Below are positions 30,201 through 44,900 of a stretch of DNA of 64,000 nucleotides, one piece after another. Where the stretch lies: NCBI RefSeq assembly GCF_009914755.1, contig NC_060946.1, one strand, 5' to 3'. The notes beneath the pieces were generated by a model, which was not told the DNA's origin, ran no database searches, and worked only from the letters and a program-made list of their open reading frames with translations. Source of the DNA: the human T2T-CHM13v2.0 reference genome, Homo sapiens. The stretch's first letter is position 1. Each line of letters opens with the position of its first letter. The position numbers and the translations under genes are program-made.

Positions 30201-31750
30201 TTTCCAACGAAATCTTCACAGCTATCCAAATATCCACTTGCAGATTCTACAAAAAGAGTGTATCAAAACTGCTCTGTCAAAAGGAAGGTTCTTCTCTGTT
30301 AGGTGAGTGCATACGTCATAAAGGAGTTTCTGAGAATGTTTCTGTCTAGTGGTTATGGGAAGATATTTGCTTTTTCCCCGTAGGCCTCAGAGCGCTCCAA
30401 ATATCCACTTGCACAGACTACAAAAAGAGTGCTTCAAAGCTGCTCTCTGAAAGGGAATGTTCAACTCTATGAGTTGAATGCAAACATCACAAAGACGTTT
30501 CTGAGAATGCTTCTGTCTAGATTTGATATGAAGATATTCCCGTTTCCAACGAAATCTTCAAATCTATCCAAATGTCCACTAGCAGATTCAACAAAAAGTG
30601 TTTTTCAGAACTGCTCTATCAAAAGAAAGATCCACCTCTGTTAGCTGAGTTCACACATCACAAACAAGTTTATGAGAATGCTTCTGTCTAGTTTTTATTT
30701 GAAGATATTGCCTTTCTCACCATAGACCTGAAAGCTGTCCTAATGTTCACTTCCAGATACTACAGAAAGAGTGTTTCAAAACTGCTGTACGAAAGGGAAT
30801 GTTCAACTCTGTGACTTGAATGCACACATCACAAAGAAGTTTCTGAGGATGCTGCTGTCTACTTTTTATACGTAATCCCGTTTCCAACGAAATCCTCCAA
30901 GCTATCCAAATATCCACTTGCAGATTCCACAGAAAGACTGTTTCAAAACTGCTCTGTCAATAGAAAGGTTCAGCTCTGTTAGCTGCGTGCATATATCCCA
31001 AAGAAGATTCTGAGATTGCTTCTGTCTAGTTTTTATCGGAAGATATTTCCCTTTTCACCATAGGTGTCAAGGTGCTCCAAATGTCCACTTCCAGATACTA
31101 CAAAAAGAGTGTTTCAAACCTACTCTGTGAAAGGGAATATTCAACTCTGTGACTTGAATGCAGATATCACAAAGAAGTTTCTGAGAATGCTTCTGTCGAG
31201 ATTTTATATGAAGATATTCCCGTTTCCAACGAAATCCTGAAATCTATCCAAATATCCCCTCGCAGATTCTACAAAAAGAGTGTTTCAAAACTGCTCTGTA
31301 AAAAGAAAGGTTCAACTCTGTTAGTTGAGTACACACATCACAAACAAGTTTCACAGAATGCTTCTTTCTAGCTTGTAGGGGAAGATATTCCCTTTATCAC
31401 CATGGGCCTCAAACCGTCCGAAACGTCCACTTCCATATACTACAAAAAGAGCGTTTCAAACCTGCTCTATGAAAGGCAATGTTGAACTCTGTGACTTGAA
31501 TGCAGACATCACAGAGCAGTTTCTGAGAATGCTTCTGTCTAGATTTTATAGGAAGATATTCCCGTTTCCAACGAAATCTTCACAGCTATCCAAATATCCA
31601 CTTGCAGATTCTACAAAAAGAGTGTATCAAAACTGCTCTGTCAAAAGGAAGGTTCTTCTCTGTTAGGTGAGTGCATACGTCATAAAGGAGTTTCTGAGAA
31701 TGTTTCTGTCTAGTGGTTATGGGAAGATATTTGCTTTTTCACCGTAGGCC
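15300..31750. repeat. Tandem duplication of a 6-HOR block, period 8,179 bp (ends approximate)
   Basis: Landmark pairs 19525/27704 and 20886/29065. Shared 2-bp deletions at ~18772/~26951 and ~20048/~28227, a shared 1-bp deletion at ~20687/~28866, CCTG at 19975/28154 and TTTAAAACG at ~21683/~29862. Confidence 0.9.
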
Positions 31751-34700
31751 TCAGAGCGCTCCAAATATCCACTTGCACATACTACAAAAAGAGTGCTTCA
31801 AAGCTGCTCTCTGAAAGGGAATGTTCAACTCTATGAGTTGAATGCAAACATCACAAAGACGTTTCTGAGAATGCTTCTGTCTAGATTTGATATGAAGATA
31901 TTCCCGTTTCCAACGAAATCTTCAAATCTATCCAAATGTCCACTTGCAGATTCAACAAAAAGTGTTTTTCAGAACTGCTCTATCAAAAGAAAGATCCACC
32001 TCTGTTAGCTGAGTTCACACATCACAAACAAGTTTATGAGAATGCTTCTGTCTAGTTTTTATTTGAAGATATTTCCTTTCTCACCATAGACCTGAAAGCT
32101 GTCCTAATGTTCACTTCCAGATACTACAGAAAGAGTGTTTCAAAACTGCTGTACGAAAGGGAATGTTCAACTCTGTGACTTGAATGCACACATCATAAAG
32201 AAGTTTCTGAGGATGCTGCTGTCTACTTTTTATACGTAATCCCGTTTCCAACGAAATCCTCCAAGCTATCCAAATATCCACTTGCAGATTCCACAGAAAG
32301 ACTGTTTCAAAACTGCTCTGTCAATAGAAAGGTTCAACTCTGTTAGCTGCGTGCATATATCCCAAAGAAGATTCTGAGATTGCTTCTGTCTAGTTTTTAT
32401 GGGAAGATATTTCCCTTTTCACCGTAGGCGTCAAGGCGCTCCAAATGTCCAATTCCAGATACTATAAAAAGAGTGTTTCAAACCTACTCTGTGAAAGGGA
32501 ATATTCAACTCTGTGACTGGAATGCAGATATCACAAAGAAGTTTCTGAGAATGCTTCTGTCGAGATTTTATATGAAGATATTCCCGTTTCCAACGAAATC
32601 CTGAAATCTATCCAAATATCCCCTCGCAGATTCTACAAAAAGAGTGTTTCAAAACTGCTCTGTAAAAAGAAAGGTTCAACTCTGTTAGTTGAGTACACAC
32701 ATCACAAACAAGTTTCACAGAATGCTTCTTTCTAGCTTGTAGGGGAAGATATTCCCTTTATCACCATGGTCCTCAAACCGTCCGAAACGTCCTCTTCCAT
32801 ATAGTACAAAAAGAGCGTTTCAAAACTGCTCTATGAAAGGCAATGTTCAACTCTGTGACTTGAATGCAGACATCACAGAGCACTTTCTGAGAATGCTTCT
32901 GTCTAGATTTTATAGGAAGATATTCCCGTTTCCAACGAAATCTTCACAGCTATCCAAATATCCACTTGCAGATTCTACAAAAAGAGTGTATCAAAAATGC
33001 TCTGTCAAAAGGAAGGTTCTTCTCTGTTAGGTGAGTGCATACGTCATAAAGGAGTTTCTGAGAATGTTTCTGTCTAGTGGTTATGGGAAGATATTTGCTT
33101 TTTCCCCGTAGGCCTCAGAGCGCTCCAAATATCCACTTGCACATACTACAAAAAGAGTGCTTCAAAGCTGCTCTCTGAAACGGAATGTTCAACTCTATGA
33201 GTTGAATGCAAACATCACAAAGACGTTTCTGAGAATGCTTCTGTCTAGATTTGATATGAAGATATTCCCGTTTCGAACGAAATCTTCAAATCTATCCAAA
33301 TGTCCACTTGCAGATTCAACAAAAAGTGTTTTTCAGAACTGCTCTATCAAAAGAAAGATCCACGTCTGTTAGCTGAGTTCACACATCACAAACAAGATTA
33401 TGAGAATGCTTCTGTCTAGTTTTTATTTGAAGATATTTCCTTTCTCACCATAGACCTGAAAGCTGTCCAATTGTTCACTTCCAGATACTACAGAAAGATT
33501 GTTTCAAAACTGCTGTACGAAAGGGAATGTTCAACTCTGTGACTTGAATGCACACATCACAAAGAAGTTTCTGAGGATGCTGCTGTCTACTTTTTATACG
33601 TAATCCCGTTTCCAACGAAATCCTCCAAGCTATCCAAATATCCACTTGCAGATTCCACAGAAAGACTGTTTCAAAACTGCTCTGTCAATAGAAAGGTTCA
33701 ACTCTGTTAGCTGCGTGCATATATCCCAAAGAAGATTCTGAGATTGCTTCTGTCTAGTTTTTATCGGAAGATATTTCCCTTTTCACCATAGGTGTCAAGG
33801 TGCTCCAAATGTCCACTTCCAGATACTACAAAAAGAGTGTTTCAAACCTACTCTGTGAAAGGGAATATTCAACTCTGTAACTTGAATGCAGATATCACAA
33901 AGAAGTTTCTGAGAATGCTTCTGTCGAGATTTTATATGAAGATATTCCCGTTTCCAACGAAATCCTGAAATCTATCCAAATATCCCCTCGCAGATTCTAC
34001 AAAAAGAGTGTTTCAAAACTGCTCTGTAAAAAGAAAGGTTCAACTCTGTTAGTTGAGTACACACATCACAAACAAGTTTCACAGAATGCTTCTTTCTAGC
34101 TTGTAGGGGAAGATATTCCCTTTATCACCATGGGCCTCAAACCGTCCGAAACGTCCACTTCCATATACTACAAAAAGAGCGTTTCAAACCTGCTCTATGA
34201 AAGGCAATGTTCAACTCTGTGACTTGAATGCAGACATCACAGAGCAGTTTCTGAGAATGCTTCTGTCTAGATTTTATAGGAAGATATTCCCGTTTCCAAC
34301 GAAATCTTCACAGCTATCCAAATATCCACTTGCAGATTCTACAAAAAGAGTGTATCAAAACTGCTCTGTCAAAAGGAAGGTTCTTCTCTGTTAGGTGAGT
34401 GCATACGTCATAAAGGAGTTTCTGAGAATGTTTCTGTCTAGTGGTTATGGGAAGATATTTGCTTTTTCACCGTAGGCCTCAGAGCGCTCCAAATATCCAC
34501 TTGCACAGACTACAAAAAGAGTGCTTCAAAGCTGCTCTCTGAAAGGGAATGTTCAACTCTATGAGTTGAATGCAAACATCACAAAGACGTTTCTGAGAAT
34601 GCTTCTGTCTAGATTTGATATGAAGATATTCCCGTTTCCAAAGAAATCTTCAAATCTATCCAAATGTCCACTTGCAGATTCAACAAAAAGTGTTTTTCAG

Positions 34701-37700
34701 AACTGCTCTATCAAAAGAAAGATCCACCTCTGTTAGCTGAGTTCACACATCACAAACAAGTTTATGAGAATGCTTCTGTCTAGTTTTTATTTGAAGATAT
34801 TGCCTTTCTCACCATAGACCTGAAAGCTGTCCTAATGTTCACTTCCAGATACTACAGAAAGAGTGTTTCAAAACTGCTGTACGAAAGGGAATGTTCAACT
34901 CTGTGACTTGAATGCACACATCACAAAGAAGTTTCTGAGGATGCTGCTGTCTACTTTTTATACCTAATCCCGTTTCCAACGAAATCCTCCAAGCTATCCA
35001 AATATCCACTTGCAGATTCCACAGAAAGACTGTTTCAAAACTGCTCTGTCAATAGAAAGGTTCAACTCTGTTAGTTGCGTGCATATATCCCAAAGAAGAT
35101 TCTGAGATTCCTTCTGTCTAGTTTTTATGGGAAGATATTTCCCTTTTCACCATAGGTGTCAAGGCGCTCCAAATGTCCACTTCCAGATACTACAAAAAGA
35201 GTGTTTCAAACCTACTCTGTGAAAGGGAATATTCAACTCTGTGACTTGAATGCAGATATCACAAAGAAGTTTCTGAGAATGCTTCTGTCGAGATTTTATA
35301 TGAAGATATTCCCGTTTCCAATGAAATCCTGAAATCTATCCAAATATCCCCTCGCAGATTCTACAAAAAGAGTGTTTCAAAACTGCTCTGTAAAAAGAAA
35401 GGTTGAACTCTGTTAGTTGAGTACACACATCACAAACAAGTTTCACAGAATGCTTCTTTCTAGCTTGTAGGGGAAGATATTCCCTTTATCACCATGGGCC
35501 TCAAACCGTCCGAAACGTCCACTTCCATATACTACAAAAAGAGCGTTTCAAACCTGCTCTAGGAAAGGCAATGTTCAACTCTGTGACTTGAATGCAGACA
35601 TCACAGAGCAGTTTCTGAGAATGCTTCTGTCTAGATTTTATAGGAAGATATTCCCGTTTCCAACGAAATCTTCACAGCTATCCAAATATCCACTTGCAGA
35701 TTCTACAAAAAGAGTGTATCAAAACTGCTCTGTCAAAAGGAAGGTTCTTCTCTGTTAGGTGAGTGCATACGTCATAAAGGAGTTTCTGAGAATGTTTCTG
35801 TCTAGTGGTTATGGGAAGATATTTGCTTTTTCACCGTAGGCCTCAGAGCGCTCCAAATATCCACTTGCACAGACTACAAAAAGAGTGCTTCAAAGCTGCT
35901 CTCTGAAAGGGAATGTTCAACTCTATGAGTTGAATGCAAACATCACAAAGACGTTTCTGAGAATGCTTCTGTCTAGATTTGATATGAAGATATTCCCGTT
36001 TCCAACGAAATCTTCAAATCTATCCAAATGTCCACTAGCAGATTCAACAAAAAGTGTTTTTCAGAACTGCTCTATCAAAAGAAAGATCCACCTCTGTTAG
36101 CTGAGTTCACACATCACAAACAAGTTTATGAGAATGCTTCTGTCTAGTTTTTATTTGAAGATATTGCCTTTCTCACCATAGACCTGAAAGCTGTCCTAAT
36201 GTTCACTTCCAGATACTACAGAAAGAGTGTTTCAAAACTGCTGTACGAAAGGGAATGTTCAACTCTGTGACTTGAATGCACACATCACAAAGAAGTTTCT
36301 GAGGATGCTGCTGTCTACTTTTTATACGTAATCCCGTTTCCAACGAAATCCTCCAAGCTATCCAAATATCCACTTGCAGATTCCACAGAAAGACTGTTTC
36401 AAAACTGCTCTGTCAATAGAAAGGTTCAACTCTGTTAGCTGCGTGCATATATCCCAAAGAAGATTCTGAGATTGCTTCTGTCTAGTTTTTATCGGAAGAT
36501 ATTTCCCTTTTCACCATAGGTGTCAAGGTGCTCCAAATGTCCACTTCCAGATACTACAAAAAGAGTGTTTCAAACCTACTCTGTGAAAGGGAATATTCAA
36601 CTCTGTAACTTGAATGCAGATATCACAAAGAAGTTTCTGAGAATGCTTCTGTCGAGATTTTATATGAAGATATTCCCGTTTCCAACGAAATCCTGAAATC
36701 TATCCAAATATCCCCTCGCAGATTCTACAAAAAGAGTGTTTCAAAACTGCTCTGTAAAAAGAAAGGTTCAACTCTGTTAGTTGAGTACACACATCACAAA
36801 CAAGTTTCACAGAATGCTTCTTTCTAGCTTGTAGGGGAAGATATTCCCTTTATCACCATGGGCCTCAAACCGTCCGAAACGTCCACTTCCATATACTACA
36901 AAAAGAGCGTTTCAAACCTGCTCTATGAAAGGCAATGTTGAACTCTGTGACTTGAATGCAGACATCACAGAGCAGTTTCTGAGAATGCTTCTGTCTAGAT
37001 TTTATAGGAAGATATTCCCGTTTCCAACGAAATCTTCACAGCTATCCAAATATCCACTTGCAGATTCTACAAAAAGAGTGTATCAAAACTGCTCTGTCAA
37101 AAGGAAGGTTCTTCTCTGTTAGGTGAGTGCATACGTCATAAAGGAGTTTCTGAGAATGTTTCTGTCTAGTGGTTATGGGAAGATATTTGCTTTTTCACCG
37201 TAGGCCTCAGAGCGCTCCAAATATCCACTTGCACAGACTACAAAAAGAGTGCTTCAAAGCTGCTCTCTGAAAGGGAATGTTCAACTCTATGAGTTGAATG
37301 CAAACATCACAAAGACGTTTCTGAGAATGCTTCTGTCTAGATTTGATATGAAGATATTCCCGTTTCCAACGAAATCTTCAAATCTATCCAAATGTCCACT
37401 TGCAGATTCAACAAAAAGTGTTTTTCAGAACTGCTCTATCAAAAGAAAGATCCACCTCTGTTAGCTGAGTTCACACATCACAAACAAGTTTATGAGAATG
37501 CTTCTGTCTAGTTTTTATTTGAAGATATTGCCTTTCTCACCATAGACCTGAAAGCTGTCCTAATGTTCACTTCCAGATACTACAGAAAGAGTGTTTCAAA
37601 ACTGCTGTACGAAAGGGAATGTTCAACTCTGTGACTTGAATGCACACATCACAAAGAAGTTTCTGAGGATGCTGCTGTCTACTTTTTATACCTAATCCCG

Positions 37701-40700
37701 TTTCCAACGAAATCCTCCAAGCTATCCAAATATCCACTTGCAGATTCCACAGAAAGACTGTTTCAAAACTGCTCTGTCAATAGAAAGGTTCAACTCTGTT
37801 AGTTGCGTGCATATATCCCAAAGAAGATTCTGAGATTCCGTCTGTCTAGTTTTTATGGGAAGATATTTCCCTTTTCACCATAGGTGTCAAGGCGCTCCAA
37901 ATGTCCACTTCCAGATACTACAAAAAGAGTGTTTCAAACCTACTCTGTGAAAGGGAATATTCAACTCTGTGACTTGAATGCAGATATCACAAAGAAGTTT
38001 CTGAGAATGCTTCTGTCGAGATTTTATATGAAGATATTCCCGTTTCCAATGAAATCCTGAAATCTATCCAAATATCCCCTCGCAGATTCTACAAAAAGAG
38101 TGTTTCAAAACTGCTCTGTAAAAAGAAAGGTTGAACTCTGTTAGTTGAGTACACACATCACAAACAAGTTTCACAGAATGCTTCTTTCTAGCTTGTAGGG
38201 GAAGATATTCCCTTTATCACCATGGGCCTCAAACCGTCCGAAACGTCCACTTCCATATACTACAAAAAGAGCGTTTCAAACCTGCTCTAGGAAAGGCAAT
38301 GTTCAACTCTGTGACTTGAATGCAGACATCACAGAGCAGTTTCTGAGAATGCTTCTGTCTAGATTTTATAGGAAGATATTCCCGTTTCCAACGAAATCTT
38401 CACAGCTATCCAAATATCCACTTGCAGATTCTACAAAAAGAGTGTATCAAAACTGCTCTGTCAAAAGGAAGGTTCTTCTCTGTTAGGTGAGTGCATACGT
38501 CATAAAGGAGTTTCTGAGAATGTTTCTGTCTAGTGGTTATGGGAAGATATTTGCTTTTTCACCGTAGGCCTCAGAGCGCTCCAAATATCCACTTGCACAG
38601 ACTACAAAAAGAGTGCTTCAAAGCTGCTCTCTGAAAGGGAATGTTCAACTCTATGAGTTGAATGCAAACATCACAAAGACGTTTCTGAGAATGCTTCTGT
38701 CTAGATTTGATATGAAGATATTCCCGTTTCCAAAGAAATCTTCAAATCTATCCAAATGTCCACTTGCAGATTCAACAAAAAGTGTTTTTCAGAACTGCTC
38801 TATCAAAAGAAAGATCCACCTCTGTTAGCTGAGTTCACACATCACAAACAAGTTTATGAGAATGCTTCTGTCTAGTTTTTATTTGAAGATATTGCCTTTC
38901 TCACCATAGACCTGAAAGCTGTCCTAATGTTCACTTCCAGATACTACAGAAAGAGTGTTTCAAAACTGCTGTACGAAAGGGAATGTTCAACTCTGTGACT
39001 TGAATGCACACATCACAAAGAAGTTTCTGAGGATGCTGCTGTCTACTTTTTATACCTAATCCCGTTTCCAACGAAATCCTCCAAGCTATCCAAATATCCA
39101 CTTGCAGATTCCACAGAAAGACTGTTTCAAAACTGCTCTGTCAATAGAAAGGTTCAACTCTGTTAGTTGCGTGCATATATCCCAAAGAAGATTCTGAGAT
39201 TCCTTCTGTCTAGTTTTTATGGGAAGATATTTCCCTTTTCACCATAGGTGTCAAGGCGCTCCAAATGTCCACTTCCAGATACTACAAAAAGAGTGTTTCA
39301 AACCTACTCTGTGAAAGGGAATATTCAACTCTGTGACTTGAATGCAGATATCACAAAGAAGTTTCTGAGAATGCTTCTGTCGAGATTTTATATGAAGATA
39401 TTCCCGTTTCCAATGAAATCCTGAAATCTATCCAAATATCCCCTCGCAGATTCTACAAAAAGAGTGTTTCAAAACTGCTCTGTAAAAAGAAAGGTTGAAC
39501 TCTGTTAGTTGAGTACACACATCACAAACAAGTTTCACAGAATGCTTCTTTCTAGCTTGTAGGGGAAGACATTCCCTTTATCACCATGGGCCTCAAACCG
39601 TCCGAAACGTCCACTTCCATATACTACAAAAAGAGCGTTTCAAACCTGCTCTAGGAAAGGCAATGTTCAACTCTGTGACTTGAATGCAGACATCACAGAG
39701 CAGTTTCTGAGAATGCTTCTGTCTAGATTTTATAGGAAGATATTCCCGTTTCCAACGAAATCTTCACAGCTATCCAAATATCCACTTGCAGATTCTACAA
39801 AAAGAGTGTATCAAAACTGCTCTGTCAAAAGGAAGGTTCTTCTCTGTTAGGTGAGTGCATACGTCATAAAGGAGTTTCTGAGAATGTTTCTGTCTAGTGG
39901 TTATGGGAAGATATTTGCTTTTTCACCGTAGGCCTCAGAGCGCTCCAAATATCCACTTGCACAGACTACAAAAAGAGTGCTTCAAAGCTGCTCTCTGAAA
40001 CGGAATGTTCAACTCTATGAGTTGAATGCAAACATCACAAAGACGTTTCTGAGAATGCTTCTGTCTAGATTTGATATGAAGATATTCCCGTTTCCAACGA
40101 AATCTTCAAATCTATCCAAATGTCCACTAGCAGATTCAACAAAAAGTGTTTTTCAGAACTGCTCTATCAAAAGAAAGATCCACCTCTGTTAGCTGAGTTC
40201 ACACATCACAAACAAGTTTATGAGAATGCTTCTGTCTAGTTTTTATTTGAAGATATTGCCTTTCTCACCATAGACCTGAAAGCTGTCCTAATGTTCACTT
40301 CCAGATACTACAGAAAGAGTGTTTCAAAACTGCTGTACGAAAGGGAATGTTCAACTCTGTGACTTGAATGCACACATCACAAAGAAGTTTCTGAGGATGC
40401 TGCTGTCTACTTTTTATACGTAATCCCGTTTCCAACGAAATCCTCCAAGCTATCCAAATATCCACTTGCAGATTCCACAGAAAGACTGTTTCAAAACTGC
40501 TCTGTCAATAGAAAGGTTCAACTCTGTTAGCTGCGTGCATATATCCCAAAGAAGATTCTGAGATTGCTTCTGTCTAGTTTTTATCGGAAGATATTTCCCT
40601 TTTCACCATAGGTGTCAAGGTGCTCCAAATGCCCACTTCCAGATACTACAAAAAGAGTGTTTCAAACCTACTCTGTGAAAGGGAATATTCAACTCTGTGA

Positions 40701-41949
40701 CTTGAATGCAGATATCACAAAGAAGTTTCTGAGAATGCTTCTGTCGAGATTTTATATGAAGATATTCCCGTTTCCAACGAAATCCTGAAATCTATCCAAA
40801 TATCCCCTCGCAGATTCTACAAAAAGAGTGTTTCAAAACTGCTCTGTAAAAAGAAAGGTTCAACTCTGTTAGTTGAGTACACACATCACAAACAAGTTTC
40901 ACAGAATGCTTCTTTCTAGCTTGTAGGGGAAGATATTCCCTTTATCACCATGGGCCTCAAACCGTCCGAAACGTCCACTTCCATATACTACAAAAAGAGC
41001 GTTTCAAACCTGCTCTATGAAAGGCAATGTTGAACTCTGTGACTTGAATGCAGACATCACAGAGCAGTTTCTGAGAATGCTTCTGTCTAGATTTTATAGG
41101 AAGATATTCCCGTTTCCAACGAAATCTTCACAGCTATCCAAATATCCACTTGCAGATTCTACAAAAAGAGTGTATCAAAACTGCTCTGTCAAAAGGAAGG
41201 TTCTTCTCTGTTAGGTGAGTGCATACGTCATAAAGGAGTTTCTGAGAATGTTTCTGTCTAGTGGTTATGGGAAGATATTTGCTTTTTCACCGTAGGCCTC
41301 AGAGCGCACCAAATATCCACTTGCACATACTACAAAAAGAGTGCTTCAAAGCTGCTCTCTGAAAGGGAATGTTCAACTCTATGAGTTGAATGCAAACATC
41401 ACAAAGACGTTTCTGAGAATGCTTCTGTCTAGATTTGATATGAAGATATTCCCGTTTCCAACGAAATCTTCAAATCTATCCAAATGTCCACTTGCAGATT
41501 CAACAAAAAGTGTTTTTCAAAACTGCTGTATCAAAAGAAAGATCCACGTCTGTTAGCTGAGTTCACACATGACAAACAAGTTTATGAGAATGTTTCTGTC
41601 TAGTTTTTATTTGAAGATATTTCCTTTCTCACCATAGACCTGAAAGCTGTCCTAATGTTCTCTTCCAGATGCTACAGAAAGAATGTTTCAAAACTGCTGT
41701 ACGAAAGGGAATGTTCAATTCTGTGACTTGAATGCACACATCACAAAGAAGTTTCTGAGGATGCGGCTGTCTAGTTTTTATACGTAATCCCGTTTCCAAC
41801 GAAATCCCCCAAGCTATCCAAATATCCACTTGCAGATTCCACAGAAAGACTGTTTCAAAACTGCTCTGTCAACAGAAAGGTTCAACTCTGTTAGCTGCGT
41901 GCATATATCCCAAAGAAGATTCTGAGATTGCTTCTGTCTAGTTTTTATG

Positions 41950-44900
41950 GGAAGATATTTCCCTTTTCACCGTAGGCGTCAATGCACTCCAAATGTCCAC
42001 TTCCAGATACGACAAAAAGAGTGTTTCAAACCTACTCTGTGAAAGGGAATATTCAACTCTGTGACTTGAATGCACATATCACAAAGAAGTTTCTGAGAAT
42101 GCTTCTGTCGAGATTTTATATGAAGATATTCCCGTTTCCAACGAAATCCTGAAATCTATCCAAATATCCCCTCGCAGATTCTACAAAAAGAGTGTTTCAA
42201 AACTGCTCTGTAAAAAGAAAGGTTCAACTCTGTTAGTTGAGTACACACATCACAAACAAGTTTCACAGAATGCTTCTTTCTAGCTTGTAGGGGAAGATAT
42301 TCCCTTTATCACCATGGGCCTCAAACCGTCCGAAACGTCCACTTCCATATACTACAAAAAGAGCGTTTCAAACCTGCTCTAGGAAAGGCAATGTTCAACT
42401 CTGTGACTTGAATGCAGACATCACAGAGCAGTTTCTGAGAATGCTTCTGTCTAGATTTTATAGGAAGATATTCCCGTTTCCAACGAAATCTTCACAGCTA
42501 TCCAAATATCCACTTGCAGATTCTACAAAAAGAGTGTGTCAAAACTGCTCTGTCAAAAGGAAGGTTCTTCTCTGTTAGTTGAGTACATACGTCATAAAGG
42601 AGTTTCTGAGAATGTTTCTGTCTAGTGGTTATGGGAAGATATTTGCTTTTTCACCGTAGGCCTCAGAGCGATCCAAATATCCACTTGCACATACTACAAA
42701 AAGAGTGCTTCAAAGCTGCTCTCTGAAACGGAATGTTCAACTCTATGAGTTGAATGCAAACATCACAAAGACGTTTCTGAGAATGCTTCTGTCTAGATTT
42801 GATATGAAGATATTCCCGTTTCCAACGAAATCTTCAAATCTATCCAAATGTCCACTTGCAGATTCAACAAAAAGTGTTTTTAAAACTGCTGTATCAAAAG
42901 AAAGATTCACGTCTGTTAGCTGAGTTCACACATCACAAACAAGTTTATGAGAATGCTTCTGTCTAGTTTTTATTTGAAGATATTTCCCTTCTCACCATAG
43001 ACCTGCAAGCTGTCCTAATGTTCACTTCCAGATACTACAGAAAGAGTGTTTCAAAACTGCTGTACGAAAGGGAATGTTCAACTCTGTGACTTGAATGCAC
43101 ACATCACAAAGTAGTTTCTGAGGATACTGCTGTGTACTTTTGATACGTAATCCCGTTTCCAACGAAATCCTCCAAGCTATCGAAATATCCACTTGCAGAT
43201 TCCACAGAACGACTGTTTCAAAACTGCTCTGTCAATAGAAATGTTCAACTCTGTTAGCTGCGTGCATATATCCCAAAGAAGATTCTGAGATTGCTTCTGT
43301 CTAGTTTTTATGGGAAGATATTTCCCTTTTCACCGTAGGCGTCAAGGCGCTCCAAATGTCCACTTCCAGATACTACAAAAAGAGTGTTTCAAACCTACAC
43401 TGTGAAAGGGAATATTCAACTCTGTGACTTGAATGCACATATCACAAAGAAGTTTCTGAGAATGCTTCTGTCGAGATTTTATATGAAGATATTCCCGTTT
43501 CCAACGAAATCCTGAAATCTATCCAAATATCCCCTCGCAGATTCTACAAAAAGAGTGTTTCAAAACTGCTCTGTAAAAAGAAAGGTTCAACTCTGTTAGT
43601 TGAGTACACACATCACAAACAAGTTTCACAGAATGCTTCTTTCTAGCTTGTAGGGGAAGATATTCCCTTTATCACCATGGGCCTCAAACCGTCCGAAACG
43701 TCCACTTCCATATACTACAAAAAGAGCGTTTCAAACCTGCTCTATGAAAGGCAATGTTCAACTCTGTGACTTGAATGCAGACATCACAGAGCAGTTTCTG
43801 AGAATGCTTCTGTCTAGATTTTATAGGAAGATATTCCCGTTTCCAACGAAATCTTCACAGCTATCCAAATATCCACTTGCAGATTCTACAAAAAGAGTGT
43901 ATCAAAACTGCTCTGTCAAAAGGAAGGTTCTTCTCTGTTAGGTGAGTGCATACGTCATAAAGGAGTTTCTGAGAATGTTTCTGTCTAGTGGTTATGGGAA
44001 GATACTTACTTTTTCCCCGTAGGCCTCAGAGCGTTCCAAATATCCACTTGCACATACTACAAAAAGAGTGCTTCAAAGCTGCTCTCTGAAACGGAATGTT
44101 CAACTCTATGAGTTGAATGCAAACATCACAAAGACGTTTCTGAGAATGCTTCTATCTAGATTTGATATGAAGATATTCCCGTTTCCAACGAAATCTTCAA
44201 ATCTATCCAAATGTCCACTTGCAGATTCAACAAAAAGTGTTTTTCAAAACTGCTGTATCAAAAGAAAGATCCACGTCTGTTAGCTGAGTTCACATATCAC
44301 AAACAATTTTATGAGAATGCTTCTGTCTAGTTTTTATTTGAAGATATTTCCTTTCTCACCATAGACCTGAAAGCTGTCCTAATGTTCACTTCCAGATACT
44401 ACAGAAAGAGTGTTTCAAAACTGCTGTACGAAAGGGAATGTTCAACTCTGTGACTTGAATGCACACATCACAAAGAAGTTTCTGAGGATGCTGCTGTCTA
44501 CTTTTTATACGTAATCCCGTTTCCAACGAAATCCTCCAAGCTATCCAAATATCCACTTGCAGATTCCACAGAAAGACTGTTTCAAAACTGCTCTGTCAAT
44601 AGAAAGGTTCAACTCTGTTAGCTGCGTGCATATATCCCAAAGAAGATTCTGAGATTGCTTCTGTCTAGTTTTTATGGGAAGATATTTCCCTTTTCACCGT
44701 AGGCGTCAAGGCGCTCCAAATGTCCACTTCCAGATACTACAAAAAGAGTGTTTCAAACCTACTCGGTGAAAGGGAATATTCAACTCTGTGACTTGAATGC
44801 ACATATCACAAAGAAGTTTCTGAGAATGCTTCTGTCGAGATTTTATATGAAGATATTCCCGTTTCCAACGAAATCCTGAAATCTATCCAAATATCCCCTC

